A stretch of 63,294 nucleotides of DNA, counting the filler, from Anaerolineae bacterium (lineage in GTDB: Bacteria > Chloroflexota > Anaerolineae > Epilineales > Epilineaceae): NCBI GenBank assembly GCA_029262755.1. It is 6 parts of 6 records of this genome, joined end to end, with 100 filler letters (N's around TTAATTAATTAA, not from the genome) between each part and the next. Parts side by side here need not be neighbours in the genome. Positions count along the whole stretch, not along the records: positions 49,066 to 57,357 come from JAJCYU010000221.1; positions 57,458 to 60,255 come from JAJCYU010000233.1; 4 more parts are not named here. One strand, 5' to 3'. This document shows positions 49,066-58,547 of the stretch, in pieces (positions within the stretch are counted from its first letter, which is position 1; every line of letters begins with the position of its first letter). The notes beneath the pieces are model-generated. The model worked only from the letters and a program-made list of their open reading frames with translations, was not told the DNA's origin and searched no databases. A program made the position numbers and the translations under genes.

Positions 49066-49750
49066 CAGCGTCGTGCTCTTCGACGAGGTCGAGAAGGCGC
49101 ACCCCGACGTGTTCAATACCTTGCTGCAGGTGCTCGACGACGGGCGCCTGACCGATAGCCAGGGGCGTGTGGTCAACTTCAAGAACACGATCTTGATCAT
49201 GACAAGCAACATCGGCTCGCATCGGATCCAGGAGCTCGGCGCCGAGGCAGCCAAGGAGCCGGTGCTCGAAGCGCTCCGTCAGCACTTTCGGCCCGAGTTC
49301 CTCAACCGCGTCGACGAGATCGTGGTCTTTCACGCGCTCGGGCGTGAGCACCTGGCGAAGATCGTGGGCTTGCAACTGCTGCGCCTCGCCCAGCGCCTCG
49401 CCGACCGAGGATTCGTCCTCGACGTCGAGGAGGCGGCACGCTTGGCCTTGGCCGAGGAAGGCTACGATCCGGCCTACGGGGCGCGGCCGCTCAAGCGCGT
49501 CATCCAGCGCCGGATCGGCAACCCGCTCGCGCTGGCCCTGCTGGAACGCGAGCTGGAGCCGGGGACGACGGTGCACGTATCCGCGCCTGCGACCGCGGAC
49601 GGCGCGTACGGCTTTCGCTTCGAGGCGCCGCCCGCCGGGCAGGCCGCGCCCAACGGGAGCGCAAACAACGGCGCGGATCAGGATAGTGCCGGAGGCGCGG
49701 AGCGCGTCGATCGAGCACCCGTGATCGAGGGCGAGATCGTCGACCCCTAG
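49066..49750 (+). CDS. clpB: ClpB-type AAA+ chaperone, C-terminal part
   Basis: [44 protein letters not shown]. Confidence 0.88.
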
Positions 49751-49789
49751 GGAGCCACGACCGGCCTGGAAGGCGTCGAAGAAACCGTT

Positions 49790-49831
49790 GCCCCGCCGCG
49801 CAGATTCGTCTCCGCGCGGCGGGGCGTCTTT
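49790..49831 (+). terminator. Probable terminator hairpin after clpB
   Basis: GCCCCGCCGCGC ... GCGCGGCGGGGC stem followed by GTCTTT. Confidence 0.55.
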
Positions 49832-49958
49832 GTGTATACTGATCGTGACGTCTTTTCATCGGCGGCGCGCGGTTCTTGTTGCGTCCTCGGCGTCAAGCGT
49901 ACTCGATCATCCATGGTTGTTGGGGGCCCGGGTCCACCGGGGACGCGAGGAGAAACGC

Positions 49959-51917
49959 ATGAGTCGAATCAAGATCGGGCTGCTCGTCGGCCTGGGCGTA
50001 ATGGCAACGATCGGCGCCGGCATCTTCAGTCAAGGTGGCACGACGCCGCCCGACGTGGCGTTGGTTGAAGAGGTTGCCGAGATACCTGCGGAGCCGGAGG
50101 TCGTCGAGCCGGTCGTCGTGGAAGCCGAGCCGGAGCCGGTCGTCGCAGAGACCATGCCGTGGGTTGTCCATGCACCGCTCGCCGAGCCGGAGCTTTCGGT
50201 CGTGCGCGCCGGCGTTGGTCTCTATGAGGCGGATGCGGACGACGAGTCCGAGCCACGTGAGATCGTCGAAGCCGAGCAAGCACCGGTGCCAACCGGTGGC
50301 CGGGTGATCGTCCCGACGCGCGGCATGGCCGTGCTCGATTGGGGCGGCGCCCTGCGCAGCGAGCTGCTGCGCGCGGCCTCGATTACGGTCGGCGAGAGCG
50401 ATCTTGCGCAGCGCCGCGTCGTGGTGGATCAGGACGCGGGCACCGTGCGCTACCTGATGTCGATGCCGGGTGAAGACGGCCCCGTCGGCATGCGCGTCGC
50501 CGCGGGCCCCATCACGGTCGATAGCGATACCTCGGCCGGTGACATGGCCGACATCATGATCACGCACGTGCCCGATCCCGTGGCCGAAGACGGCGCAGAG
50601 AGCGATGACGGGCGCACCTGGGTCGTCGTGATCGCCGGCGCGGCCGATATCGACTTCGGCGGGCCCGTAGCGGCCGCCGGCGAAGCGGCCGGCGAGCGCT
50701 CGGTGCGGCTGGAGGCCGGCCAAGGCGCGGCCTTCGATCGCGGCGGCGCCGCCCCAACCGTTATGCCCATGGACGTCGTGGCCGTCGAGACCTGGTACGG
50801 CCAGATGCTCTCCGGCTACCGCGATTCCATCGCCGCCTTTGCCTTCCGCTGCGTGATCACGGCCGACGAGGTCGCCCTGCGCGACACGCCGCCCACAAGC
50901 GGGCGCATCCAGACCTCCGCAAACCCCGCAGCGCCGCGGGCCGCGACGCTGCTCTCCGGCGCGCTGATCAACATCACCCATCGCACCGAGGACGCGCGCT
51001 GGTTGGAGGTCGATTCACCGGATTCCGAGGAGCCGGGCTGGATCGAGGCGACCAACGTGCAGTGCATCGCGCCGCTCTCTGCGGTGCCCATCATCGACCA
51101 GGCCTACCTGGCGCCGGCAACGCCGACGCCCATCGCCGTCTCCGCGAGCTTCGGGCTTGCGGAAGGCGAGATCGATTCCGGCAAATGCACCATGCTGCGC
51201 TGGGACGTGCCGGTCGGCAGCCAGATCTCGGTGGACGGCAAGCTCATGCCCGGCAAGGGCTTCCAGTCCGTCTGCCCCGACGTCACGACGAGCTACACCC
51301 TGCGCTGGATCGACGCGTCGGGCGCCGCGAAGGAGCGACGCGTAACCGTGGTGGTCAACGAGGTCGTCGCCCAGGTAGCGCAAGCCGAGGCGGACGCGGC
51401 GGGCGATAGCGGTTCGAGCGGCGGCTTGGGCGGCCTACTCGACCCCGACTCACCCGAGCCGGAACCCACGATCTGTGTCGGCGACGAATGCGAGGTCGTG
51501 CTGCCCACCGCGCAGCCGACCCGAACGCGCCGCCCGCGCCCAACCAAGGAACCGACCGACCCGCCCGCCGCGCCGGAGCCCACGGATCCGCCCGCCGGCC
51601 CCGCGCCGACGGAACCGCCTGCCGGCCCGCAGCCGACATCGCCACCAGCAACGAACCCGCCGGCAACGGCCACGCTCGGCGCCACCGCGACGATCACCGT
51701 CACGGCACCGGTCACGTCGACCGCGACGGCGACTTCAACGGCCACGTTGACGCCGGAAGGCCCGCCCGCACCGACGGAGACACCGCTGCCGACGGAGCCG
51801 CCCGCTACGGCCACGCTCGAGGCGCCGACGGCAACGCCGGAGCCCGAGCCGACGGCCATCCCCGAGCCCGTTCCGACCGCGACACCGCTGAGCGGCGCGG
51901 AGGCCGGGGTTCGCTAG
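49959..51917 (+). CDS. Membrane-anchored or secreted protein with FecR-like and SH3-like regions and a long PT-rich tail
   Basis: GAGGAG RBS and N-terminal TM. WVVVIAG...VRLEAGQ (FecR-like), RWLEV...GWI (SH3b-like), GKCTMLRW module, PT repeats. Confidence 0.7.
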   Translation: MSRIKIGLLVGLGVMATIGAGIFSQGGTTPPDVALVEEVAEIPAEPEVVEPVVVEAEPEPVVAETMPWVVHAPLAEPELSVVRAGVGLYEADADDESEPREIVEAEQAPVPTGGRVIVPTRGMAVLDWGGALRSELLRAASITVGESDLAQRRVVVDQDAGTVRYLMSMPGEDGPVGMRVAAGPITVDSDTSAGDMADIMITHVPDPVAEDGAESDDGRTWVVVIAGAADIDFGGPVAAAGEAAGERSVRLEAGQGAAFDRGGAAPTVMPMDVVAVETWYGQMLSGYRDSIAAFAFRCVITADEVALRDTPPTSGRIQTSANPAAPRAATLLSGALINITHRTEDARWLEVDSPDSEEPGWIEATNVQCIAPLSAVPIIDQAYLAPATPTPIAVSASFGLAEGEIDSGKCTMLRWDVPVGSQISVDGKLMPGKGFQSVCPDVTTSYTLRWIDASGAAKERRVTVVVNEVVAQVAQAEADAAGDSGSSGGLGGLLDPDSPEPEPTICVGDECEVVLPTAQPTRTRRPRPTKEPTDPPAAPEPTDPPAGPAPTEPPAGPQPTSPPATNPPATATLGATATITVTAPVTSTATATSTATLTPEGPPAPTETPLPTEPPATATLEAPTATPEPEPTAIPEPVPTATPLSGAEAGVR

Positions 51918-51959
51918 CACGAACGCAGTACAGCGTGACCGCAAGAGCGATAGCAATCA

Positions 51960-51989
51960 CGAGGCGCCCCTCCGAAGAGGGGCGCCTCG
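51960..51989 (+). terminator. Terminator-like hairpin
   Basis: 13-bp perfect stem CGAGGCGCCCCTC-CGAA-GAGGGGCGCCTCG, 43 nt after the stop. Confidence 0.7.
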
Positions 51990-52115
51990 CTCGTTCCTGC
52001 GCGGACTCAGGGCCGTCGTGGAGGGTCGCGTGGTGGGTCGTTCGCGTTTTCAGAGGGGGCGGACAACGATCGTGATCGCGCGGCCGGTGCACGTTCACCT
52101 GGAGAAGGACGCGCT

Positions 52116-52172
52116 ACGCCTTCACGCGGGCGCGACGGCTTCACACGGGTGAGACGGCTTCACACGGGTGCT
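52116..52172. repeat. 19-bp direct repeat x3, intergenic
   Basis: ACG(C/G)CTTCAC(G/A)CGGG(C/T)G.. units. Confidence 0.65.
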
Positions 52173-52386
52173 GCCGAGGATGGGGCGTTCCTTGCCCCGG
52201 CCACGGCTGACTGCGCAGGGCAGCCGGGGCCGTGAAGCGTCGAGCACCGGCCAGCACACGTCCCGGCGAGCGCGAATCCCAACGATCTACGCGCAGCCCT
52301 GGCATGGCGACGACCGCCCTTCCGACGCGGGCCCCGACCCCGATGTGACGGGGCGGCAACCTGGGGCCGATCCTGTGCAAACGAGA

Positions 52387-52412
52387 ACGCGCCCCCTTCG
52401 CAGGGGGCGCGT
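52387..52412 (-). terminator. Terminator-like hairpin downstream of the selenoprotein candidate
   Basis: 11-bp stem ACGCGCCCCCT-TCGC-AGGGGGCGCGT. Confidence 0.65.
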
Positions 52413-52493
52413 CTCCTGATTCTTGCTTCGTCCTACGTGCTCGCGTCGACCTTGGCGGTATGTGAAGCCACCGCACCCAGCCGGGTTGCGAGC

Positions 52494-53741
52494 CTAGAGC
52501 TCGTGGTTAGCCAACACGAGCGGCATGTAGTTGTAGAACTTCGCGGCGGGCGTCGGCGGATCCGGATCCGGATTGGACGGACGCTCGGTCCACTCGATGG
52601 TGCTGCTGCCGCAGTCGAAGGTCAGGGCGTCGGGGAATCCCTCAGCCAAGTAGTCGCCTTCGGCCTTGATCATGTCGGAACCTTCCGTTGCGCCGGTGAA
52701 GGTCAGCTTGACCTCACCCGTCGCGTCGGACGTGCCCGTGATCGTCTCGCCCGCGTGCGGGCCGCTATCCACCACGATGGTGACTTCCGCGTCCGGTGCA
52801 GCCTTGCCGTCGGCACGGACCAACGTCGTGAGCGTCACGCTGTCGCCGATGTACAACGCGGTCGAGGCGGGCGTCATCCCGCAGGACATGACCGGCGCAA
52901 CTGGTTCCGGCGTTTCGACTATGGGCGGATCGCCCATGATGGCCTTGACTGCGCCGGCGTAGTCGCGGCCCTCATCGGTCTCAAACTCGACCATCGCGAC
53001 CATCTGCAGCTTGCCGAAGTCCGTTGCAACCTCGGTGGTGAACTCGGACTCAAGGCGAACCTTCTGGCCGGGCTCGACGACGTCCTCGAAGTCCATCCAG
53101 TCGATGATGCGCATCAGCTTGTGGAGGTGGATCGCCTCTGGATCGTTATGCTCGTAGCCGATGATCCCAAGCGAACCGCCGTTCTCCCACGGGTCGAACA
53201 CGTCCTTGCCTGTGTTCTCTACATCGACCGTGACGGTGACCTTGTTGAGAGCCGAGCGCTTGAACCATGCGTCGACCTTCATCGTCGGGGCCATGGCTTC
53301 GCCCTCGCTGATCCAATCGTTGAACAAACCGCGCCATGCGTCTGGCGACGTACCGCCGGGGGCGCCGGCCTGGTTTGCGAACTTGCCGCCCTGGGCGATC
53401 ATGAACGGCAATGTGCTCGCGCTGGGGATGACCTCACGCAGGCGGTTCATACGCGTTCGCGTATTGGGCGCCTGCTGCGTGCCGTTGGGGTCCGTGGGGT
53501 CCACGTTCGATTCAATGAAGAACACGTTGTCGACACCATCTCGCTCGAATTCCTGCTCCATCTGCCTGATGACCGGACCGGCCGTCGCGCAGATGCCTCA
53601 GGTGGAGCGTCCGTACATCTCGATAATGACCAGCGACTTCTCGCTCTGCGTAGCCGGCGACGCGGCGGTCGGGGAGGTCAAAACCATCCCCCCGATCATC
53701 GCAACAGCCAAGCCGGCAGCGAGTGCCCGCATATGGCGCAT
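52494..53741 (-). CDS. Secreted thioredoxin-fold (Omp28-like) selenoprotein candidate with UxxC, Ig-like (Big_1-like) domain and LP-type tag
   Basis: AGGAGG RBS and signal peptide. EMYGRST-TGA-GIC reads through in frame into ORF 52494..53561. The neighbouring paralog has EMFGRTD-C-IVC. A hairpin follows the TGA. Confidence 0.85.
53559..53595 (-). promoter_or_regulatory. Candidate bacterial SECIS hairpin
   Basis: Starts 2 nt 3' of the TGA (53598-53600). Outer stem CATCTGC/GCAGATG, inner GAC-GG/CC-G-GTC pairing, G-containing apical loop. Confidence 0.6.
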
Positions 53742-53895
53742 GAACCATCCTCCTTGCATAGTGCTACCCGTCGACGCGTCAATGATCCTCCGCAAATCTT
53801 TTGGGGAGGCCATTGGGCAGTGTACGGCAGCAGATTCGGACTGTCAACGGGGTAGAACGGCCTAACCGCAGGGAACGTGACCCTATCGCGTAGTC

Positions 53896-54061
53896 CTAGT
53901 ACTCGGGCGCATTGAATGTTCAGGGCAGGAGGGCGCCGATGCGCCGTCGATGTGGTTCGCAGAGCTGAGGGAATAGCAGCGCTATTGCCGAAGAATTGCG
54001 GGCCGCAGCGGCGGATGCAGCGGTGGCCGAACCCTGAAGATTCAGTGCGCCCGAGTACTAG
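53896..54061. mobile_element. MITE-like element, 166 bp, with 30-bp terminal inverted repeats
   Basis: CTAGTACTCGGGCGCATTGAATGTTCAGGG (53896-53925) versus CCCTGAAGATTCAGTGCGCCCGAGTACTAG (54032-54061), 28/30 match. CTAG at both ends and no transposase. Confidence 0.72.
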
Positions 54062-54106
54062 CTCTAGCTGGGGCCACGTCAAGAGCGGCCACGCCAGGAG
54101 CCGACG

Positions 54107-54994
54107 CTACCTTCTGACCAAGGGCAGATGGATTTCGGCGACCGGCGTTTCACCCGGCTCCCGTGTAGGCACGGGGGTCGGCGCGGGCGTGGGTGCGTCG
54201 CGATCAAGAACGGCTACCGCACCTTGGGCTACGTCCCATCGTCCATCGGGCAACACGCGCTCCACGACGGCAAGAATCTGCAGCGTAGAAAGATCCGTTC
54301 CTTCGTCCACCGTGACATCGCCAACCGTGCTCACCGACGCACCGGGTGCGATTCGCTCGGCAAGCGGCAATCGACCAACGCCCGCGGCGTAGCGGCCGGC
54401 GTGGAGGACGCGTTCCGCGCGAATCGCGAACATCCAAATGCCACCGCCGGCTCTGGGGTCGATATCGCTCTCGCCGGTGTTCTCCACATTGACGGACGCC
54501 TGGAAGGTGCTCGCACCCGTCGGAGCCCACGAAGCGGTCACGCGCGCAGTGGGTTCTCCCTGCGCGGCACGGTCAATCATGGCCCGGTAGGCAGCCTGAT
54601 AGTCACCGTCGTCCACCGTTCCAAACGCCGTCTCGAGCCCGCCGTTGAGCAGGACCAAGGGCAATGGCGCGCGAGAGACGCCCATGAGGCGGAACCAGCG
54701 CCGGCGCCGCTCGGCCATGCCAAGATTCCCACTGTTGTCGGAATCGTGCTCGAAGATGACGACGCGACGGCCCTCCGCTTCGTATTGCGCTACCAGCGCG
54801 TCCATGGCAGGACCAGCATGCTCCTCGCACACGATGCAGTCCGTTCGCCCGAACATCTCGAGCACCACCAGTCGTTCTTGACGTTGGCTCGTCGGAGCGG
54901 CGATCGCAGGTCGACCGAGTTGCATAGCCGCCATGACCAGCAGCACGGCTCCCAATACGGTTCGTGCGAGTGGTCGGGCAAAGAATTCAGTCAT
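54107..54994 (-). CDS. Secreted thioredoxin-fold (Omp28-like) CxxC protein with LP tag
   Basis: Signal peptide, LVVLEMFGRTDCIVC, PLPLVLLNGG cis-Pro-type motif, PT linker, ends EIHLPLVRR. Confidence 0.82.
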   Translation of the reverse strand: MTEFFARPLARTVLGAVLLVMAAMQLGRPAIAAPTSQRQERLVVLEMFGRTDCIVCEEHAGPAMDALVAQYEAEGRRVVIFEHDSDNSGNLGMAERRRRWFRLMGVSRAPLPLVLLNGGLETAFGTVDDGDYQAAYRAMIDRAAQGEPTARVTASWAPTGASTFQASVNVENTGESDIDPRAGGGIWMFAIRAERVLHAGRYAAGVGRLPLAERIAPGASVSTVGDVTVDEGTDLSTLQILAVVERVLPDGRWDVAQGAVAVLDRDAPTPAPTPVPTREPGETPVAEIHLPLVRR

Positions 54995-55342
54995 GAGCTC
55001 TGATCCTTGAAGTTCCATCCGAGTATGATTGCTTTCCGCAAGGAGGCCGCTCTGGCGGCATTGGGCCAACGCAGTATCACGCTTGGCCCGGGCACCATGT
55101 CACCCGAGACGATGTCACCCAAGTCGGCAGGGCGCAACGAAGGACCGAAAGCACACGCCCAAACGTGGTTCGTTCGGTCTTGGTTTGATGTCGACAGCTC
55201 TGTGATGCCGACACGATGGCCGGCCGCGGAGACGGAGCTTCCACGGGCGTAGCGACTGCGTGCGTGTCTGTTTCCGAAAACGGGCGAATCCGAGAGTGCG
55301 TACGGCGAAGACGTTGCCGACTAGCGGCACCTCTCAGGCCTA

Positions 55343-56896
55343 TCAACGACGTGTGCCCGATTCGTCCTTGGCTGCTAGGAGCATCAAGACCAATCCCTGG
55401 CCGTAGGCTTGCGGCCGGCTGCGGTCGATGCGCCCGTATATCTCGACCCCTACGTCGCGGCTCGGCACCCCGGTGCCGGCGGAAACCTCCGTCACCGTCC
55501 CGTCCGAAGCGATCCGGCGCAGTACCCCGCCGTAGGCCTGGTCGGCAAAGACGAGATACTCGCGTTCGAGATGGCCGTCGACAACGGCGCGGTACAGCGC
55601 AGCTGCAATGGCGGCGCTGCCCGAGGTCTCGAGGTAGAAGTCCGGACGATCCAACACCGTTCGCCACATGCCGCTGTTGCGGTCTTGCACGCGCACGAGG
55701 GCGCGCAGATGGCGTTGGTGCAGCGCGACCAAGGTGGCGCGATCCGGATGATCGAACGGCAGGTGTCGCAGCACCTCGGACGTGGCGAGCGCTGCCCAAC
55801 CGTTGCCTCGCGCCCAGTACGCGCCGCTGATCGGATCCCCGGCCGCGATGTCCCATCCGTGGAACCACAGGCCGGTGATCGGATCCTGCAGCACGGCTGC
55901 GTGCAACAGGATTTCGCGCGCCGCGGCATCCAGCGCATCGCGTCGATCGAAACGCGCTCCGTATTCGGCGAGCAGCGGTACGCTCATGAACAACGTGTCG
56001 TCCCAGAGTTGTCCCGGACGATGGGCCAGCGCCCCACCGGCACGTGGCGCATCCGACAGCAGCCAACGCACGCCGCGTTCCGCCAGATTCACGTGGCGAT
56101 CCGCGGGCCGTCGTCCCGCCGCAGCGTCGTCCGCCGCGAGGCGTAGCGCGACCCACGCAGGTGCCGTGTGATTCGGATGGCTGAAGACTCCGGCGGCGCC
56201 CGCGGCCAGGCCCTCGTCGAGCCACGCGCCCACGGCGCCGCGCAGATCGTCGGCATCGCCGGCGCCTGCGTCGACCGCGGCCAACACGCCGATCATGCCC
56301 ACCCCGCCCTTCCAGGCCCACTCCCCAACATGCGTCTCCGCGCCCGTCGACAGATCCATGGCCAACAGACGTCGCGCGACTCGGTCGAGCAAGGGGTCGG
56401 AGCGCAGGACCATCGGCAGGAACAAGCGCGGATCGTGCGCCGCTGCCGTCGGCGTTCGGCTGGGCGCCGGCATCGCGGTGACCGACACCGGTGCGGTCGC
56501 CGTGACCGTGGAGGTGAGCGACGTCGTGCGCGTTGCCGTCGACGCAGGTGCGGTGCCGGGCCCAGGCTCCACGCTCGGTGTCACGGCGGGGGTCGCCGAG
56601 GTGGACACGGTGGCGGTGGGGCCCTCCGTCGCGGACCCGGTCGCTGTCGGCGATGTCGTCGCGGAAGCGGTCACGGTAACGGTACCCGTGGCGGTGACCG
56701 TCGACGTGGCGGTCGACGTGGCGGTGACCGTGGCCGTCGCCGCCGCGGTCGCCGTGCTCGTTGCGGTCGCTGTGACGGTTCCGACCGAAATCGGGGTCCG
56801 CGTTGACGTCGGGGTAGCCGTCGGCGACTGGCCACGCGCCGGGTGGGTCAGCCCGCGCGCGGCGAGCGGAACGAGTAGCAGCGCAAGCAACGCCAT
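55343..56896 (-). CDS. GH88/GH105 unsaturated (rhamno)galacturonyl/glucuronyl hydrolase with an N-terminal Thr-rich linker
   Basis: QLWDDTLFM, TGLWFHGW, YWARGNGW, ETSGSA and YGQG motifs. Signal peptide and T/A-rich region. Start uncertain. Confidence 0.87.
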   Translation of the reverse strand: MALLALLLVPLAARGLTHPARGQSPTATPTSTRTPISVGTVTATATSTATAAATATVTATSTATSTVTATGTVTVTASATTSPTATGSATEGPTATVSTSATPAVTPSVEPGPGTAPASTATRTTSLTSTVTATAPVSVTAMPAPSRTPTAAAHDPRLFLPMVLRSDPLLDRVARRLLAMDLSTGAETHVGEWAWKGGVGMIGVLAAVDAGAGDADDLRGAVGAWLDEGLAAGAAGVFSHPNHTAPAWVALRLAADDAAAGRRPADRHVNLAERGVRWLLSDAPRAGGALAHRPGQLWDDTLFMSVPLLAEYGARFDRRDALDAAAREILLHAAVLQDPITGLWFHGWDIAAGDPISGAYWARGNGWAALATSEVLRHLPFDHPDRATLVALHQRHLRALVRVQDRNSGMWRTVLDRPDFYLETSGSAAIAAALYRAVVDGHLEREYLVFADQAYGGVLRRIASDGTVTEVSAGTGVPSRDVGVEIYGRIDRSRPQAYGQGLVLMLLAAKDESGTRR

Positions 56897-57079
56897 GGCG
56901 AGCCGGCCTGCTTGAAGGCGGCGGATCTCAGCCACGGAGGAGCCGAGGTCGCGCACGTCGCAGCTCAAGGACGTCGTCGCGATCACGTCGCGTGGCACCC
57001 AACCCAGCGGCTGTCGATGAAGCGCTATCGGCGCCTAAAAAGCAACCAGCCCACATCCAAAGGATGCGGGCGGGCGCGG

Positions 57080-57155
<76 letters not shown>

Positions 57156-57357
57156 ACGCGGGCGCGTAGGATAGGCAGGGGCCCGCGGGGGGTCAAGTGT
57201 CCGACCGGTCCCAGCGCACCGCGCGGGGCCGATAGGATGGAAGAGGATCGGGGCACGGGCGAGCCTTCCGAGCGCGGGGCCCTGCGTCGCCTGCCATCGG
57301 CTCCCGAAGATAACGGTCATGCGCATGACGCACCTTTCGTGACGGGGCGCACGGACG

Positions 57358-57457
57358 NNNNNNNNNNNNNNNNNNNNNNNNNNNNNNNNNNNNNNNNNNN
57401 NTTAATTAATTAANNNNNNNNNNNNNNNNNNNNNNNNNNNNNNNNNNNNNNNNNNNN
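57358..57457. other. Artificial contig spacer; composition switches from GC-rich to AT-rich
   Basis: N run with TTAATTAATTAA. Confidence 0.97.
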
Positions 57458-57458
57458 A

Positions 57459-58004
57459 GACGATACGGTAGACGTTGACATTCAAATTAAGAAATTTATT
57501 GCGTCAAGAGCTATAGCGCTAGCCATTCAAGGTGTTCCGGGAATATATCTCCATGGTTTTTTTGGTACAAAAAATGATCTGAGTCTGATGATTAATGCTG
57601 ACGTAAAACGCAATATTAATCGTACTGTTGTAAACTATACTTCTCTTGTTGATGAGTTAGATAATCCAGACACTTTAATAGCAAAAATCAGCGACAACAT
57701 GAAAGATATTATTTCAATAAGAACAGTACAGAAAGCTTTTCACCCTACTGGAGCACAGAGCATTTTCAGAATTAAACCGGAAGTATTTACTCTCTTAAGA
57801 ACGTCCCCTCAAAAAGACCAGCAAATACTATCTCTGATCAATGTAACGGTTGATCAATGTCACATATCTATTCCCATGGAAACAATTAATATATTCAAGC
57901 AGGAGTGGTACAATTTAATTGATCAAAAAAAGTATACATTTATAGAAGGAATTATAAGTCTTACATTAGAACCCTACGAAGTAATGTGGCTTGAGCCGCA
58001 ATAA
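57459..58004 (+). CDS. GH13 sucrose/glucosylglycerate phosphorylase-like protein, C-terminal part
   Basis: Frame open from the contig start. FIASRAIALAIQGVPGIYLH, RNINR, AFHP and LEPYEVMWL motifs. Confidence 0.82.
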   Translation, partial: DDTVDVDIQIKKFIASRAIALAIQGVPGIYLHGFFGTKNDLSLMINADVKRNINRTVVNYTSLVDELDNPDTLIAKISDNMKDIISIRTVQKAFHPTGAQSIFRIKPEVFTLLRTSPQKDQQILSLINVTVDQCHISIPMETINIFKQEWYNLIDQKKYTFIEGIISLTLEPYEVMWLEPQ

Positions 58005-58547
58005 CAGATACTTCCAACCGCAAATCCTGATTACACTATTTTTTGTCAGTTCTGCACTCTCATTATAAAGCCTATAGAGTATCGAGTCTTTGGGTCGAAA
58101 GGTTGCATTAGGGCCTTCTTTACGTGTTGGTTTATTATACCAGGAGAGTTACCTACTCAGTCATCATATGCAATAGATTTGCAATATAGTTTCTACTCTG
58201 AACGACCGTATTTTTAAGTGGTGGGAAATAGTACCACGCTATTAAGAACACAACTACTATCACAATATAAATAAAAGTTTTTCTGTTCATCAGCGTTTAC
58301 CACCTTTGGGAACTACAGAGTTGCTAGAATCACATCTTGATTTGGAATCTAACAGAATACCCGTAAACAGTCAAGTCAAAAGCCTTTATCTGTCGACATT
58401 AACGGCCTGGCAAAAAGTCCCTTAAGTCTTTCTGCAGACAAGTGTTGAAAATTAATTGACAAAAGAGTGACAAAGTATAAGATTGCGTTAATCAATATAA
58501 TGGTGGCGTTATACAGTACCTAGTTAATAACTTATTATCTGAATAAT

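Noticed and set aside
53598..53813. Separate 71-aa ORF, or a nonsense pseudogene
   Set aside because: Better explained as the N-terminus of a Sec read-through gene, because the TGA aligns with the paralog's Cys and a hairpin follows it.
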